Source: Chloroflexota bacterium
GTDB lineage: Bacteria > Chloroflexota > UBA11872
Reading direction: 5' to 3'
Assembly (NCBI GenBank): GCA_026707585.1
Contig: JAPOWQ010000069.1
Coordinates: 2,035-66,034 of the forward strand
Length of the DNA stretch: 64,000 bases
Shown: piece after piece, positions 37,024 to 46,931 of the stretch
Position numbering within the stretch: the first letter of the stretch is position 1
How the letters are laid out: every line of letters starts with the position of its first letter
Notes under the pieces: model-generated
What the model was told of the DNA's origin: nothing
The model's input: only the letters and a program-made list of their open reading frames with translations
Databases searched by the model: none
Made by a program: the position numbers and the translations under genes

Positions 37024-38694
37024 ATGCAGACCAACATCACACGACGCCGAGTTCTGATTGGCGCAACGGGAGCAATCAGCGCAATCGCGCTTGCAGCCTG
37101 CGGCGAGACGCAGGTGGTCACCAAGGAAGTCCCGGTCGACCGAGTTGTGGTCAAAGAGGTTGAAGTCGAGAAGATCGTCACGCAACAGGTCGAAAAGGTC
37201 GTCACCCAGGAAGTCGAAAGGGTGGTCCGACAGGAAGTCCCGGTCGAGAAGGTCGTCGAGGTCAAGCAGGTCGTCGAGGTCCCGGTCGAAAAGGTCGTCG
37301 AAAAGGTCGTCACCAAGGAAGTCCAGAAAATCGTCGAGAAAGTCGTCCAGGTCGCACCGCAGGCCCCGCCAGTACGGTTCGTCTTTCACTCCGACCACAC
37401 CTCCGGTCCGCGCGGCGCCGCCATGGGCTGGGCGCTGGACAACTTCGCCAGGGAGTTCCCCAACATCGACGTGAAGTTCGTCCTCTCGCCGGACGCGAAC
37501 CAGGAAATGATCGCCATCATGATCGCCGCGGGTACGCAGCCCGAGGCCGTGCTCATGCCGGGCTGGTTCGCGGCTCAGTTCCTGACCGACGGCGCGTTCA
37601 CGGTTATTGACGACGTACTGCAGAAGCATGACGACTTCGATCCCACCGACTGGTATTGGTGCCCCGACGAATCCAGCGTGAACCTGGTCAACGAACGCCC
37701 CTTCCCGCACCGTGATGGGTTGCGAGGGCCGTTCCACGGCCTGCCCTACCAGGGCAACTTGAACGTCCTCTCGGCCAATCTGGCGTTAATGGAGAGCGCG
37801 GGCGTCGAGTTTCCAACGCCTGGGAACTGGGGCATCCAAGCCGAGTTTTCTGACGCCTTAAGGCGCATCACCGACCCCGAGACGGAAAGCTATGGCTTAT
37901 GGGACTCCGGGACGCTTGTGAGTAGCAATGCCATCTCGTGGGGCTGGGCGCTGTCCGACGAAGAGAACCTGATGTACTACAACAAGGACGCCACGCGCTG
38001 GACCGTGTTTGATTCCGGCGCGGACGTTGGGTTGCGGATGCTCCGGGACTTCGTGCTCGAAGAGGGCGTGGTACCGTCGCGCGCACGGTACCGGGAGATC
38101 AGAGGCGATGCCGGCGAACCGTTCTCGAACGGGAAGATTGGGTTCTTCCACTGGGGCGGCGGCGTGGGCGGACCCATCAACCGCATCAAGGATCGCTTCC
38201 CGTGGGCCTTGATCCCTCTGCCGGAAGGACCGCGCGGCCCGCAGCCACAGAAGTTCAGCGACGAGCCGCACTTGATCACCCAGATGGCCGACCTGCGCGG
38301 CAACACCGAAGCCGTGGTCGAGTGGCTCTTGTACCTGGCGGGACCGAAGACCCAATCGCGCGTGGCGATTGACCGAGGTTCTGTTACCTGGCGCAAGGAT
38401 GTGGTGCGGTCACCCGAATACGCGGCGGGACCGCCCGAGAATCACGTGCAGCAACTGCACTACCTGGAAAGCGACAACCCCGCCTACCAGCAGCGCATGC
38501 ATCCGGCGTGGCAGGAAATGGTGGCGCAGTCCGGGTACGCCAGCAATAGCAAGGTCATGTTGGGCGAGGTGTCCGTGGAACAGGGCATCGAGGAAATGTT
38601 GGGGATTCTCGACCGGTACATGGAAGAGCACCACGACCGCTTCCTGGAGCTCAAGGGCTGGGCTGAAAGCCAGCCGAACCCGGTCACCCCCTAG
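37024..38694 (+). CDS. ABC transporter extracellular solute-binding lipoprotein (Tat signal, repeat tether)
   Basis: The start MQTNITRRRVLIGATGAISAIALAAC/GETQ carries a twin-arginine motif and a lipobox. About 75 aa of degenerate VxKVVTQEV repeats follow, then a family-1 SBP-like body. Confidence 0.8.
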   Translation: MQTNITRRRVLIGATGAISAIALAACGETQVVTKEVPVDRVVVKEVEVEKIVTQQVEKVVTQEVERVVRQEVPVEKVVEVKQVVEVPVEKVVEKVVTKEVQKIVEKVVQVAPQAPPVRFVFHSDHTSGPRGAAMGWALDNFAREFPNIDVKFVLSPDANQEMIAIMIAAGTQPEAVLMPGWFAAQFLTDGAFTVIDDVLQKHDDFDPTDWYWCPDESSVNLVNERPFPHRDGLRGPFHGLPYQGNLNVLSANLALMESAGVEFPTPGNWGIQAEFSDALRRITDPETESYGLWDSGTLVSSNAISWGWALSDEENLMYYNKDATRWTVFDSGADVGLRMLRDFVLEEGVVPSRARYREIRGDAGEPFSNGKIGFFHWGGGVGGPINRIKDRFPWALIPLPEGPRGPQPQKFSDEPHLITQMADLRGNTEAVVEWLLYLAGPKTQSRVAIDRGSVTWRKDVVRSPEYAAGPPENHVQQLHYLESDNPAYQQRMHPAWQEMVAQSGYASNSKVMLGEVSVEQGIEEMLGILDRYMEEHHDRFLELKGWAESQPNPVTP

Positions 38695-38789
38695 CGACCG
38701 CTGTATCGACGCGCCGAATCGGACGCCACCGGCCAACCCCAGCAGTGGGGTTGGCCGGTGCGCGCTAGACGGGGATTGAGGCTGTAGCC

Positions 38790-40277
38790 ATGCTGCGCGT
38801 ACTTGGTGGACCGTCGGAAATGCAGGTCCAGGAGGCAACCTTTTTCGCCTTCGACGACGTCTGCATCCCCTTCCGTACCAACTTCCAGCTGCACCTCATC
38901 CACGGCAAGCGGACCCCGGGCTGGCGCGATGGGCCGACCGTGGTCGTCCCCAGGGGCCCGCCCGGCTCGCATGACGAGGGCGTCCACTACTACGGCAGCA
39001 CCATCCGCGTGGGCGACGAGTTCCACATGTGGTACATCGGACGCGTCGGCCGCAATCCGAACTGGGCCAACTACGAGGGCTTTGACGGGCGCTTGTGCTA
39101 CGCGAACAGCCGCGACGGCATCCACTGGACCAAGCCGGAACTCGGGCTGGTCGAATACCAGGGCTCCAGGGCCAACAACATCGTGGACTTTCCCCGTCAC
39201 ATCGACATGTTCATGGCCCCGATCATTCACGATCCCGAGGACCCCGACCCCAACCGCCGGTTCAAGATCACCTTTAGTCACCGAACCGGGCCCTCTGGCG
39301 ACCGCCGCGGCGGCTTGTCGGTGGCCTACAGCCCGGATGGGCTGCACTGGACGCCCAGCCCCAACAACCCGCGTGGCAGCGTCGCCTTCGAACACTCGGG
39401 CCTGATCAAGTGGAACGGCTGCTACTTCGCGAACGGCCACAGCGTTGGCCATCCGGGTCCCGGTCGCAAGATGGAGACCTACGCCTCCTACGACTTCGAG
39501 CACTGGACCGAAGGCAGCGCGCTGAGCATGACGCGTAGTCCGCGGCTCGAAGGACCGGACCTCGAAGACCGGCAGAACATCTGGGAGGAAATCCACCTGG
39601 GCGCGGGGCTGCACTCCTGGGGCAACGTGATCCTGGCCATCTACGGCCAATGGCACGGCTACCCCTACGGCGACCGGCGCTACGTCACGATCGATCTTGG
39701 CCTGGCCATCAGCCACGACGCGATCCACTTTCATGAACCAATCCCGGACTTTCGGTTCATTCCCTCGCGGGAGGAGCGCGACACGCGGCTGGGAGCGGGA
39801 CCCGCGCTCCAGCAGGGGCAGGGCATGGAGAACATCGGCGACAAAACCCTTTACTGGTACTCGATCTGGCGCGGCGACGGTCAGGTGCGTTTGGCCCAGT
39901 GGGAACGCGACCGACTGGGCTACGTGCAGCCCTACGCGGCGGGCACGCGGGCGCAGTTCATCACCTGTCCGTTTAGCCTCCCGACGGCTGGGGTGCCAGT
40001 CCACCTGAATGTGTCGGGCTTGGGCGAGTACGCCGCGGCGCGGGTCGAAGTTGTCGATCTAGAGTTTCGTCCGCTGCCCGGCTACTCGGGCGACGATGCC
40101 GCCACGCTGCGCGAATCCGGGCTGCGGGTACCAGTGCGCTGGCCCAACAACAACACGCTGCCGTCGGCCGACTCGCCGCTGCGCCTGAAAGTCGAAGTCG
40201 GACCGGTCAGCCGCGACTGCCTGCGGCCCGAGGACGTCAAGCTCTACGCGGCGTATGTGGGTTCACGGTCTGAGTGA
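38790..40277 (+). CDS. Predicted beta-propeller glycoside hydrolase-like protein (GH32/43/130-superfamily-like), copy 1
   Basis: 495 aa. SRDGIHWTKPELGLVEY and similar blade-like segments are present. The family assignment is tentative. Its closest paralogue is immediately downstream. Confidence 0.5.
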   Translation: MLRVLGGPSEMQVQEATFFAFDDVCIPFRTNFQLHLIHGKRTPGWRDGPTVVVPRGPPGSHDEGVHYYGSTIRVGDEFHMWYIGRVGRNPNWANYEGFDGRLCYANSRDGIHWTKPELGLVEYQGSRANNIVDFPRHIDMFMAPIIHDPEDPDPNRRFKITFSHRTGPSGDRRGGLSVAYSPDGLHWTPSPNNPRGSVAFEHSGLIKWNGCYFANGHSVGHPGPGRKMETYASYDFEHWTEGSALSMTRSPRLEGPDLEDRQNIWEEIHLGAGLHSWGNVILAIYGQWHGYPYGDRRYVTIDLGLAISHDAIHFHEPIPDFRFIPSREERDTRLGAGPALQQGQGMENIGDKTLYWYSIWRGDGQVRLAQWERDRLGYVQPYAAGTRAQFITCPFSLPTAGVPVHLNVSGLGEYAAARVEVVDLEFRPLPGYSGDDAATLRESGLRVPVRWPNNNTLPSADSPLRLKVEVGPVSRDCLRPEDVKLYAAYVGSRSE

Positions 40278-40329
40278 CGCAGCCCAATATGGCCCACGTC
40301 GGCGCTGAGCGGACCTCGCGGTTGTAGCC

Positions 40330-41823
40330 ATGCTGCGCGTGCAGGGCGGGCCTTCGGAGATGCAGGTCCAGGAAGCCACCTTCTTTGCGTTCGACGACGT
40401 CTGCATCCCCTTCCGCACGAACTTCCAGCTTCACCTAATCCATGGGAAGCGAACCCCCGGCTGGCGCGATGGCCCCACCGTCGTGGTACCCAGTGGCGAG
40501 CCCGGCGCGCACGACGAGCAGGTCCACTACTACGGAAGCGCCGTCCGCGTGGGTGACGAGTTTCGCTTGTGGTACGTCGGCCGAGTGGGTTGCAACCCGA
40601 CGTGGGTCGGCGGCTACCAGGGCTACGACGGGCGTCTCTGCTCCGCGGTCAGCCGCGACGGTATCCACTGGACCAAGCCCAATCTCGGGCTGGTCGAATA
40701 CCGGGGCTCAACGGCCAACAACCTGGTGGACTTCCCTCAGCACATCGACCTCGGGTGGGCCCCGATCATCCACGACCCCGACGACCCTGACCCTGACCGG
40801 CGTTTCAAGCTCGCCTTCACCCACCGGACCGGTCCTTCGGGAAATCGTCGAGGCGGCCTGTGCGTGGCCTACAGCCCCGACGGCTTGCACTGGAGGCTCA
40901 GCCCCAGCAATCCAGTCGGCAGCGTCGCCTTCGAGCACTCGGGCCTGATCAAGTGGAACGGCTGCTACTACGTAAACGGGCACAGCGTTGGGCATCCGGG
41001 ACCCGGCCGCAAAATGGAGACCTATGCCTCCTACGACTTCGAGCACTGGACCGAAGGCAGCGCCCTCAGCCTGACGCGCAGTCCCCGCATCGAAGGTCCG
41101 GATCTGGAAGATCGCCAGAACATCTGGGAAGAAATCCACATGGGCGCGGGGCTGCACTCCTGGGGCAACGTGATCCTTGGGGTGTACGGCCAGTGGCACG
41201 GCTACCCCTACAGCGACCGGCGCTACGTCACGATCGACCTGGGCCTGGCCATTAGCCACGACGCCCTGCACTTCCACGAACCGATCCCCGGATTTCGCTT
41301 CGTTCCCGCCTTCGAGGAGCGCGACACGCGCCTGGGAGCAGCCCCCGCGCTCCAGCAGGGGCAGGGCATGGAAAACGTGGGCGACAAGACCCTCTACTGG
41401 TATTCCGTCTGGCGCGGCGACGGCCAGGTCCGGCTGGCGCAGTGGGAACGAGACCGCCTGGGCTACGTACAGCCCTACGTGGCCGGCACGCGGGCGCAGT
41501 TCATCACATGTCCGTTCAGTGTCGAGGCGGATGGATCGCCAGTCCATTTGAACGTGTCTGGTCTCGGCGAATTCGCATCGGCGCGGGTCGAAGCCGTCGA
41601 CCTCCAGTTCCGCCCCCTGCCGGGCTTCTCCGGGGACGACGCGGCCACCCTGCGAGAGTCGGGTCTTCGCGTGCCGGTTCGGTGGGCGCACCACGATTCA
41701 CTTCCGGTGACCGACACGCCGCTGCGCCTGAAGGTGGACGTCGGCCCCGTTAGTCGCGACTGTCCGAGGCCCGAGGACGTCAAGCTCTACGCGGCCTACG
41801 TAGGTTCAAAGCCGGCCCACTAG
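40330..41823 (+). CDS. Predicted beta-propeller glycoside hydrolase-like protein, copy 2 (tandem paralogue)
   Basis: 497 aa and collinear with 38790-40277 over the full length. The first 60 aa are almost identical. The 10 or so nt upstream (GYTGTAGCC) are also conserved. Confidence 0.5.
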   Translation: MLRVQGGPSEMQVQEATFFAFDDVCIPFRTNFQLHLIHGKRTPGWRDGPTVVVPSGEPGAHDEQVHYYGSAVRVGDEFRLWYVGRVGCNPTWVGGYQGYDGRLCSAVSRDGIHWTKPNLGLVEYRGSTANNLVDFPQHIDLGWAPIIHDPDDPDPDRRFKLAFTHRTGPSGNRRGGLCVAYSPDGLHWRLSPSNPVGSVAFEHSGLIKWNGCYYVNGHSVGHPGPGRKMETYASYDFEHWTEGSALSLTRSPRIEGPDLEDRQNIWEEIHMGAGLHSWGNVILGVYGQWHGYPYSDRRYVTIDLGLAISHDALHFHEPIPGFRFVPAFEERDTRLGAAPALQQGQGMENVGDKTLYWYSVWRGDGQVRLAQWERDRLGYVQPYVAGTRAQFITCPFSVEADGSPVHLNVSGLGEFASARVEAVDLQFRPLPGFSGDDAATLRESGLRVPVRWAHHDSLPVTDTPLRLKVDVGPVSRDCPRPEDVKLYAAYVGSKPAH

Positions 41824-41865
41824 CGGCGCCTGACGGCCGTCGCTTCCAACGCGTTACCAACCTGC

Positions 41866-43149
41866 TCAGTCGTCGCCCGCAAGCACCCAGTCCAGGTTAA
41901 ACCGAGCCGCGCTGATCTTCTCGTGGTAGCGCTGCTTGCCGCCTTCCCAAATACACAGAATCGTCTTGTCCGGCAACACCGAAAGGTCCGAATAGCCGGC
42001 CAGCTCGCTGGTCACGGTTCGCGATAGGGGCCAGGTCCGGCCGTCGTCATGGCTGACCCGAATGGTCAAGTTTCTGCGGCCCGGTCCTCGTGGATTGCTG
42101 AATAGCAGCACGTTCTCGCCGCCCTCGTCCGTGCTCGAGTATCGAACGAGCCCGGAGTGGCAGCACGGCGTGATCTGCTCCTCGTGCTGCCCGTGCGCGT
42201 CGAAGCTCTCCCCGCTGTCCGAACTGCGCGCAAACCAGCGCAGCCCGTTGTAGTAGGGCCGATTCTTCCGGTAATTCACGTAGATTCCGCCGTCTTCCGT
42301 CTCTTCCATGATGAGTTCGTCCGAACCCGCGGGTAAGACGGCGCCCGCATGCCAAGTCTCGCCATGGTCGTCGCTGTACACCAGGCCGCCGCGAACGCCG
42401 GGGGCCTGCCCTTCCTCGCCGGCCTTGAAGAGAAACGCCGCGATCACGTGTCGCCCGGCGCGCGGCCCCCGAGCCAGTTGCACGCCGCGCGACGAGTTGT
42501 TCACCCAGGCGACCCACCCCTCCGCGTTCGGCGCCGGGCGGACGAAATACGGCTCGGACCAGCTCTGGCCCTCGTCAGAACTTCGCACCATCCAGAACCC
42601 ACCGCCCATTTCGGCATAGGGAGCGAAGTAGCCCAGCCCGTTGCCCTCCGCCTGCGGCAGCTTCCAATACGTCACGAACACATCGTTCGTGAAGCGGTCT
42701 GCAAGGATCGGTCCAAGGAACGTATTGATTCCCGCTTCCGCGAACAGCACCTCCTGCCGCGCCCAGTTCCTGCCGCCGTCCTCGCTGCGCGTCACCAGGA
42801 CATTCGTCGCGTGGCCGCCATCGGCCAGGGAGCCCACACGCTGCTGGCAGACCGCAATGACCGTGCCGCGAGGCGTGACGAGGATTCCGGGTATGCGAAC
42901 CCCGAAGCCCTCAATCACGTGGTGTGCCCACCCGGCATCAACGATCACGGGCCGTTCGGTCAGGAGGCGCCGCTGATCCGCAGTCAGGCCTGACAGGTGG
43001 AGCATGACCTCCTCCTGTCCGCGCTGCCCCAGAAAGATCTGCGCTGTCAGGCTTTCGCTCGCTTGCCAATGGACGGCCACGTCCTGGTTGAGCGTCTCGC
43101 CAACCCCAGGCAGGAAAACGTCCACCGTCTCGTACAACTCAGCGGACAC
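41866..43149 (-). CDS. BNR/Asp-box repeat exo-alpha-sialidase-like protein (GH33-like)
   Basis: Asp-boxes are SEDGGRNW, SSDEGQSW, SDDHGETW, SSDSGESF and SHDDGRTW. I see no signal peptide. Confidence 0.7.
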   Translation of the reverse strand: MSAELYETVDVFLPGVGETLNQDVAVHWQASESLTAQIFLGQRGQEEVMLHLSGLTADQRRLLTERPVIVDAGWAHHVIEGFGVRIPGILVTPRGTVIAVCQQRVGSLADGGHATNVLVTRSEDGGRNWARQEVLFAEAGINTFLGPILADRFTNDVFVTYWKLPQAEGNGLGYFAPYAEMGGGFWMVRSSDEGQSWSEPYFVRPAPNAEGWVAWVNNSSRGVQLARGPRAGRHVIAAFLFKAGEEGQAPGVRGGLVYSDDHGETWHAGAVLPAGSDELIMEETEDGGIYVNYRKNRPYYNGLRWFARSSDSGESFDAHGQHEEQITPCCHSGLVRYSSTDEGGENVLLFSNPRGPGRRNLTIRVSHDDGRTWPLSRTVTSELAGYSDLSVLPDKTILCIWEGGKQRYHEKISAARFNLDWVLAGDD

Positions 43150-43323
43150 AGTTCGGCTCCTTCATCAGACCAGGAAGCACGCAGCCTGATACGGCAGGCG
43201 TTTGCTGGTGCGCACGGCGATTTGGGTACAGGGACACGCAAATGACAAATGCGCTAGGGGCACGAGCAGCACCTGGGGCAGGTAGTCCGGTGTTTGCACA
43301 GCGCTTCGCCACCGTGCCCGGCG

Positions 43324-43569
43324 CTATGGCGCCGCGGCACCGCTGGTCGGCGTCACCTTAGACAGTTGCTTGCTCGCGTAGCTGTCCTGGAGCTTCTGCC
43401 GATCCGCATCGCTCATTCCGGGGCCGTAATCCCCGTGCCGCATCATCTGCCGCTCACTCTTCATGTACTCGAATTCATCGCTTTCAGCGCACCCCGCAAT
43501 CATTGTGGCCATCAACAACGCAAGTGCCGCGCCCGTCACGTACCTGGTCAACTTCTTTGACGAGTGCAT
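43324..43569 (-). CDS. Small lipoprotein (hypothetical)
   Basis: MHSSKKLTRYVTGAALALLMATMIAGC/AES has a lipobox. The protein is 81 aa. Confidence 0.5.
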   Translation of the reverse strand: MHSSKKLTRYVTGAALALLMATMIAGCAESDEFEYMKSERQMMRHGDYGPGMSDADRQKLQDSYASKQLSKVTPTSGAAAP

Positions 43570-43725
43570 AGCGTCATCCTCCACAAACGCCACCTTCGGC
43601 CGGCGGGTTGACAATAGGGGCATCGGACTCGCGCAGGCGGCCGCGACCCTCCAGTGCATGTACAGGTTGCAAGCGACGCATGCCGCGAGGCACTAAGGTT
43701 CACGACAGACGTGCCGGCGCGACTC

Positions 43726-45102
43726 TCAAACTGCCGAGGCAAACAACCACTCCTGGTTAAAGCGAGCGAGCGTGAGTTTTTCGCTGTCACGTACCTCGCC
43801 AACGGTATATATGCAGAGCACCGTCCCGTCCTCGGTCACAGCCAGGTCGGAGTACCGACACGGTCTCTCATCAATGAGTTTCGAAACCGGCCAGGTACGT
43901 CCCCCGTCGCGGCTCACGTAGATTGTCATGTCCGCACCTCCGGGGATCAGGTGATTCACGCCCGTGGGGTGCGAGAAGAGCAGCACGTCCGGATGGTTGT
44001 TGGCAGCCGCTCCATGCCGGGCCAGGCCTACGTGCACGGGCCGGCCACTCAAGTCCTCATGCTCGCCGAGCTCATAGAATCCCTGGCCGCCGTCCCGGCT
44101 TCGCGCGAACGTCCGCCCATCCCGTCGGCAGGTGTTCCTCCGATAGCTGACGTAGATCTCGCCGCCCGTGGTTTCTACGAGCGACACCTCGTCCGATCCC
44201 TCGGGGAGCACGGCGCCAACCGCCCAGGTCGCGCCATGGTCGTCGGTGTACAGCAACCCTCCACGCACGCCAGGTACTTCTCCGGGTTCGCCCTCCTTGT
44301 AGAGAAACCCCGGAATCACCATCCGCCCGCAATGCGGCCCCGCGGTTAACTGAATCCCATGCACGCTGTTATTGGGCCAGCCGGTCCACCCATCGGGATT
44401 TGGCCTTGGATCGACCTGCCGCGCCTCTGACCACGTCACTCCATCATCGTCACTCTGGACGATCCAAAAACCGCCGCCCTTCTCGGCATACGTGCTGAAG
44501 TACCCGAGGTCATCGACAACGCCCGCCGGCATGTCCCAACCCACAACCAAGAGCGTGCCCGAGATACGGTCCTCAACGATGGCGCCCAGAAACGTGTATT
44601 GGCCCGGCTTCGCATAGATCACCCGCTGCCGAGACCACGTCTTGCCGCCGTCCGCGCTGCGCGACATGAGGACATCGTTCTCGTGGCCGCCGTCACCCAT
44701 GCCCCCGTGACGCCGTTGGCAAACGGCGACCACGCTCCCGGCAGCCGTGACGATCAGTCCTGGCAGATGGATGCCGAAACCATCGAAGTCGTGGTACTTC
44801 AGGTTGGTGAAGTCCATCGTGATCTTCGCTCGCGCCAGCTTCTTTCGTTCGGCGCGGTCCGTCCCAATCACCGCCACGAGAACCGAATTGGGATCGCGGG
44901 TGTTGCTGTAGAAGTTGGCGGTCACGCCAAGGGTGTGCAAGGCACTGGATTGCGGCCGCTCCGTGTGTTCGGATAGGCCTTCCTTGGCGGAAACCTCGGT
45001 CGGCGCCGCGGTTCGCTCCCAGTGATAGGCCGGCGCCTGAGTGAGCGTGTCACCTTGACCGGGCAGGAACACATCAACGTATTCAAGAAGCGGATCTGTC
45101 AT
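43726..45102 (-). CDS. BNR/Asp-box repeat exo-alpha-sialidase-like protein (paralogue)
   Basis: Asp-boxes are SADGGKTW, SDDDGVTW, TDDHGATW, SRDGGQGF and SRDGGRTW. The N-terminus LEYVDVFLPGQGDTLTQ parallels that of 41866-43149. The ATG is at 45102. Confidence 0.7.
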   Translation of the reverse strand: MTDPLLEYVDVFLPGQGDTLTQAPAYHWERTAAPTEVSAKEGLSEHTERPQSSALHTLGVTANFYSNTRDPNSVLVAVIGTDRAERKKLARAKITMDFTNLKYHDFDGFGIHLPGLIVTAAGSVVAVCQRRHGGMGDGGHENDVLMSRSADGGKTWSRQRVIYAKPGQYTFLGAIVEDRISGTLLVVGWDMPAGVVDDLGYFSTYAEKGGGFWIVQSDDDGVTWSEARQVDPRPNPDGWTGWPNNSVHGIQLTAGPHCGRMVIPGFLYKEGEPGEVPGVRGGLLYTDDHGATWAVGAVLPEGSDEVSLVETTGGEIYVSYRRNTCRRDGRTFARSRDGGQGFYELGEHEDLSGRPVHVGLARHGAAANNHPDVLLFSHPTGVNHLIPGGADMTIYVSRDGGRTWPVSKLIDERPCRYSDLAVTEDGTVLCIYTVGEVRDSEKLTLARFNQEWLFASAV

Positions 45103-45213
45103 TCCTGATCGCACTTTCTGGCGGCGTTGATCATGTCGCGGTTGCCCGCCACCGTCGCCGGCCCCACGCACGCTTGCGGCATAGCGGGGCCGGCGACGGC
45201 AGCGTGACGTCGG

Positions 45214-46812
45214 CTATCGGCTGACGCGACCGGCGTCCAAATCGGCCTTGTACTTGGCCATCTGATCGCTCACGTCCTTCTCGGCGATCTCGACCGTCTC
45301 GTCGACCGAAAGGTCGCCGGCAAACAGCTTCTGAACGGGCCGCACCCACATGCCTTCGACTTCGCCGCGCCCTGAGGGCGATCCGGGTACGTAGATGCCG
45401 CCAGGCCGCATCAGGCACTTCTCGTATATCAGGTACAGCTCCTCCATGCGCTCCGGCGGGGGCGCGACGGCGGCGGGATTGTCTTGGACACCGCGCCGGC
45501 AAGGATAAAAGCCTCGGTCAATACCGTTGCGACCCTGAACCTCAGGCCCTGCCATGAAGATCGCGAAATCAACCACCTGCTCTTCGGTGCCTGTAAGCGT
45601 GGCCGTGGAGGCCACGAGATGCGGCTGATCGACGTACTCGTTGTCGCCCGTTGAAGTCGGGTGTGGCCCACGCGGCTTCGGAGCCTGCGCCCACCGGAAG
45701 CGATCCCCAATCCGGGTCAGGTTAAAGCCCGTGCTGCGGCCTCGCCCGTGGTCAAAGCCCTGCAACCCCGCGTTGAAGGGGTTGCCGTACTCGCCGCCAA
45801 TCTCCTGCCGCTGCTCCGCTCTGAACTGCACATCGTAGGTGTGGATGTAGTCATAGGCTCTCTGGAGCGACTCTCTCCCGGCGCCTTGGAAGTTGCCCAG
45901 GACCAGGTGCCCCTCCGGACCCACGATGTACTTCTGGAGCCCGTTAAAGCCCCAACACTGGTGCTGCATGCCAAGGATGCCGGAGTTGAGTCCCCAGACC
46001 CCCGTCTCCTGATCACGGACTTGCATGGCGCCCTCGAGCATGTCGTCGTATGACCAGCCATCCGTCGGCGCCGGAATGCCTGCGGCATCCAGGAGATCGA
46101 CGTTGTAGATGAATGCCGCGATGCCAGCGCCCTGATAGGGCATCCCGTATTGCGGACCGCGCATCGTGTCGTCGTAGGGCAGCGGACCGGGCGACTCCTT
46201 ATTGTCCGTATAGACCTCGCCTGAGAAGTGGTATTCGGCGGGTGTGAAATCGGGATTCTTGGCTAGCAGATCGTTGATCTGAAGCCACGTCCCGGCATCA
46301 ACCCACTGTTGAAACGTCGAGTCGCCCAACAGACTGATCTCGGAGAGCGTGCCCGCCACCGCCTGGATGTTGATCTTCTCGCTGAATTGGTCTGGCTGCG
46401 CTATGAACTTGACGATCGTGTTTGGCTTGATCTGGTTGTAGCGATCGATCGCCCACTGCGTCGACTTGCCTCGAGGACCGGACGTATGGTCCGTCTCAAA
46501 ATTGAACTTCACCGTGCGGGCCGCTGGTGGCGCCTCAACGACCTTCTCGACGACCTGGGTTACGACCCGGTCCACCTGGACTTCCTTGATTTGAGTCTGC
46601 GTCACTATCTTCTCGACCTGGACTTCCTTGATCTGCGTCTGCGTCACAATCTTCTCGACCGGGACTTCCTTGATCACTTCCTGGGTAACGACCTTCTCCA
46701 CCTCAACCACCTGGGTCTCGCCACAGGCCGCCAATACGGTGGCGCCGGCTACACCCAGAGATCCGGCAAGCAAACGTCGACGCGTGATCGTTGGTGCCAT
46801 TACGCCCCCCAT
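45214..46812 (-). CDS. ABC transporter extracellular solute-binding lipoprotein (Tat signal, repeat tether)
   Basis: It has APTITRRRLLAGSLGVAGATVLAAC/GETQVVEVEKVVTQEVIKEVPVEKIVTQTQIKEV..., then an SBP body. Confidence 0.8.
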   Translation of the reverse strand: MGGVMAPTITRRRLLAGSLGVAGATVLAACGETQVVEVEKVVTQEVIKEVPVEKIVTQTQIKEVQVEKIVTQTQIKEVQVDRVVTQVVEKVVEAPPAARTVKFNFETDHTSGPRGKSTQWAIDRYNQIKPNTIVKFIAQPDQFSEKINIQAVAGTLSEISLLGDSTFQQWVDAGTWLQINDLLAKNPDFTPAEYHFSGEVYTDNKESPGPLPYDDTMRGPQYGMPYQGAGIAAFIYNVDLLDAAGIPAPTDGWSYDDMLEGAMQVRDQETGVWGLNSGILGMQHQCWGFNGLQKYIVGPEGHLVLGNFQGAGRESLQRAYDYIHTYDVQFRAEQRQEIGGEYGNPFNAGLQGFDHGRGRSTGFNLTRIGDRFRWAQAPKPRGPHPTSTGDNEYVDQPHLVASTATLTGTEEQVVDFAIFMAGPEVQGRNGIDRGFYPCRRGVQDNPAAVAPPPERMEELYLIYEKCLMRPGGIYVPGSPSGRGEVEGMWVRPVQKLFAGDLSVDETVEIAEKDVSDQMAKYKADLDAGRVSR

Positions 46813-46931
46813 ACAATTCAGATCTGAAAAGTTCGTCGCCCCAGCAGTCTATCGCCTCGACGCGGCACCATCAATCTGGCCGTTGGCGCCGGTGCCCCGA
46901 ACTACCCCTCCAAACCTGCTAGCGTGAACGC

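Noticed and set aside
36958-37737. 259-aa Asp/Leu-rich minus-strand ORF, and the similar ORF at 46309-46827 on the plus strand.
   Set aside because: They are antisense translations of the VxKVVTQEV tether repeats of the two solute-binding proteins.
38691-41694. Minus-strand ORFs 38691-40004 (437 aa) and 40708-41694 (328 aa).
   Set aside because: They are antisense to the two beta-propeller paralogues and have Val/Gly/Ala/Arg-rich low-information sequences.
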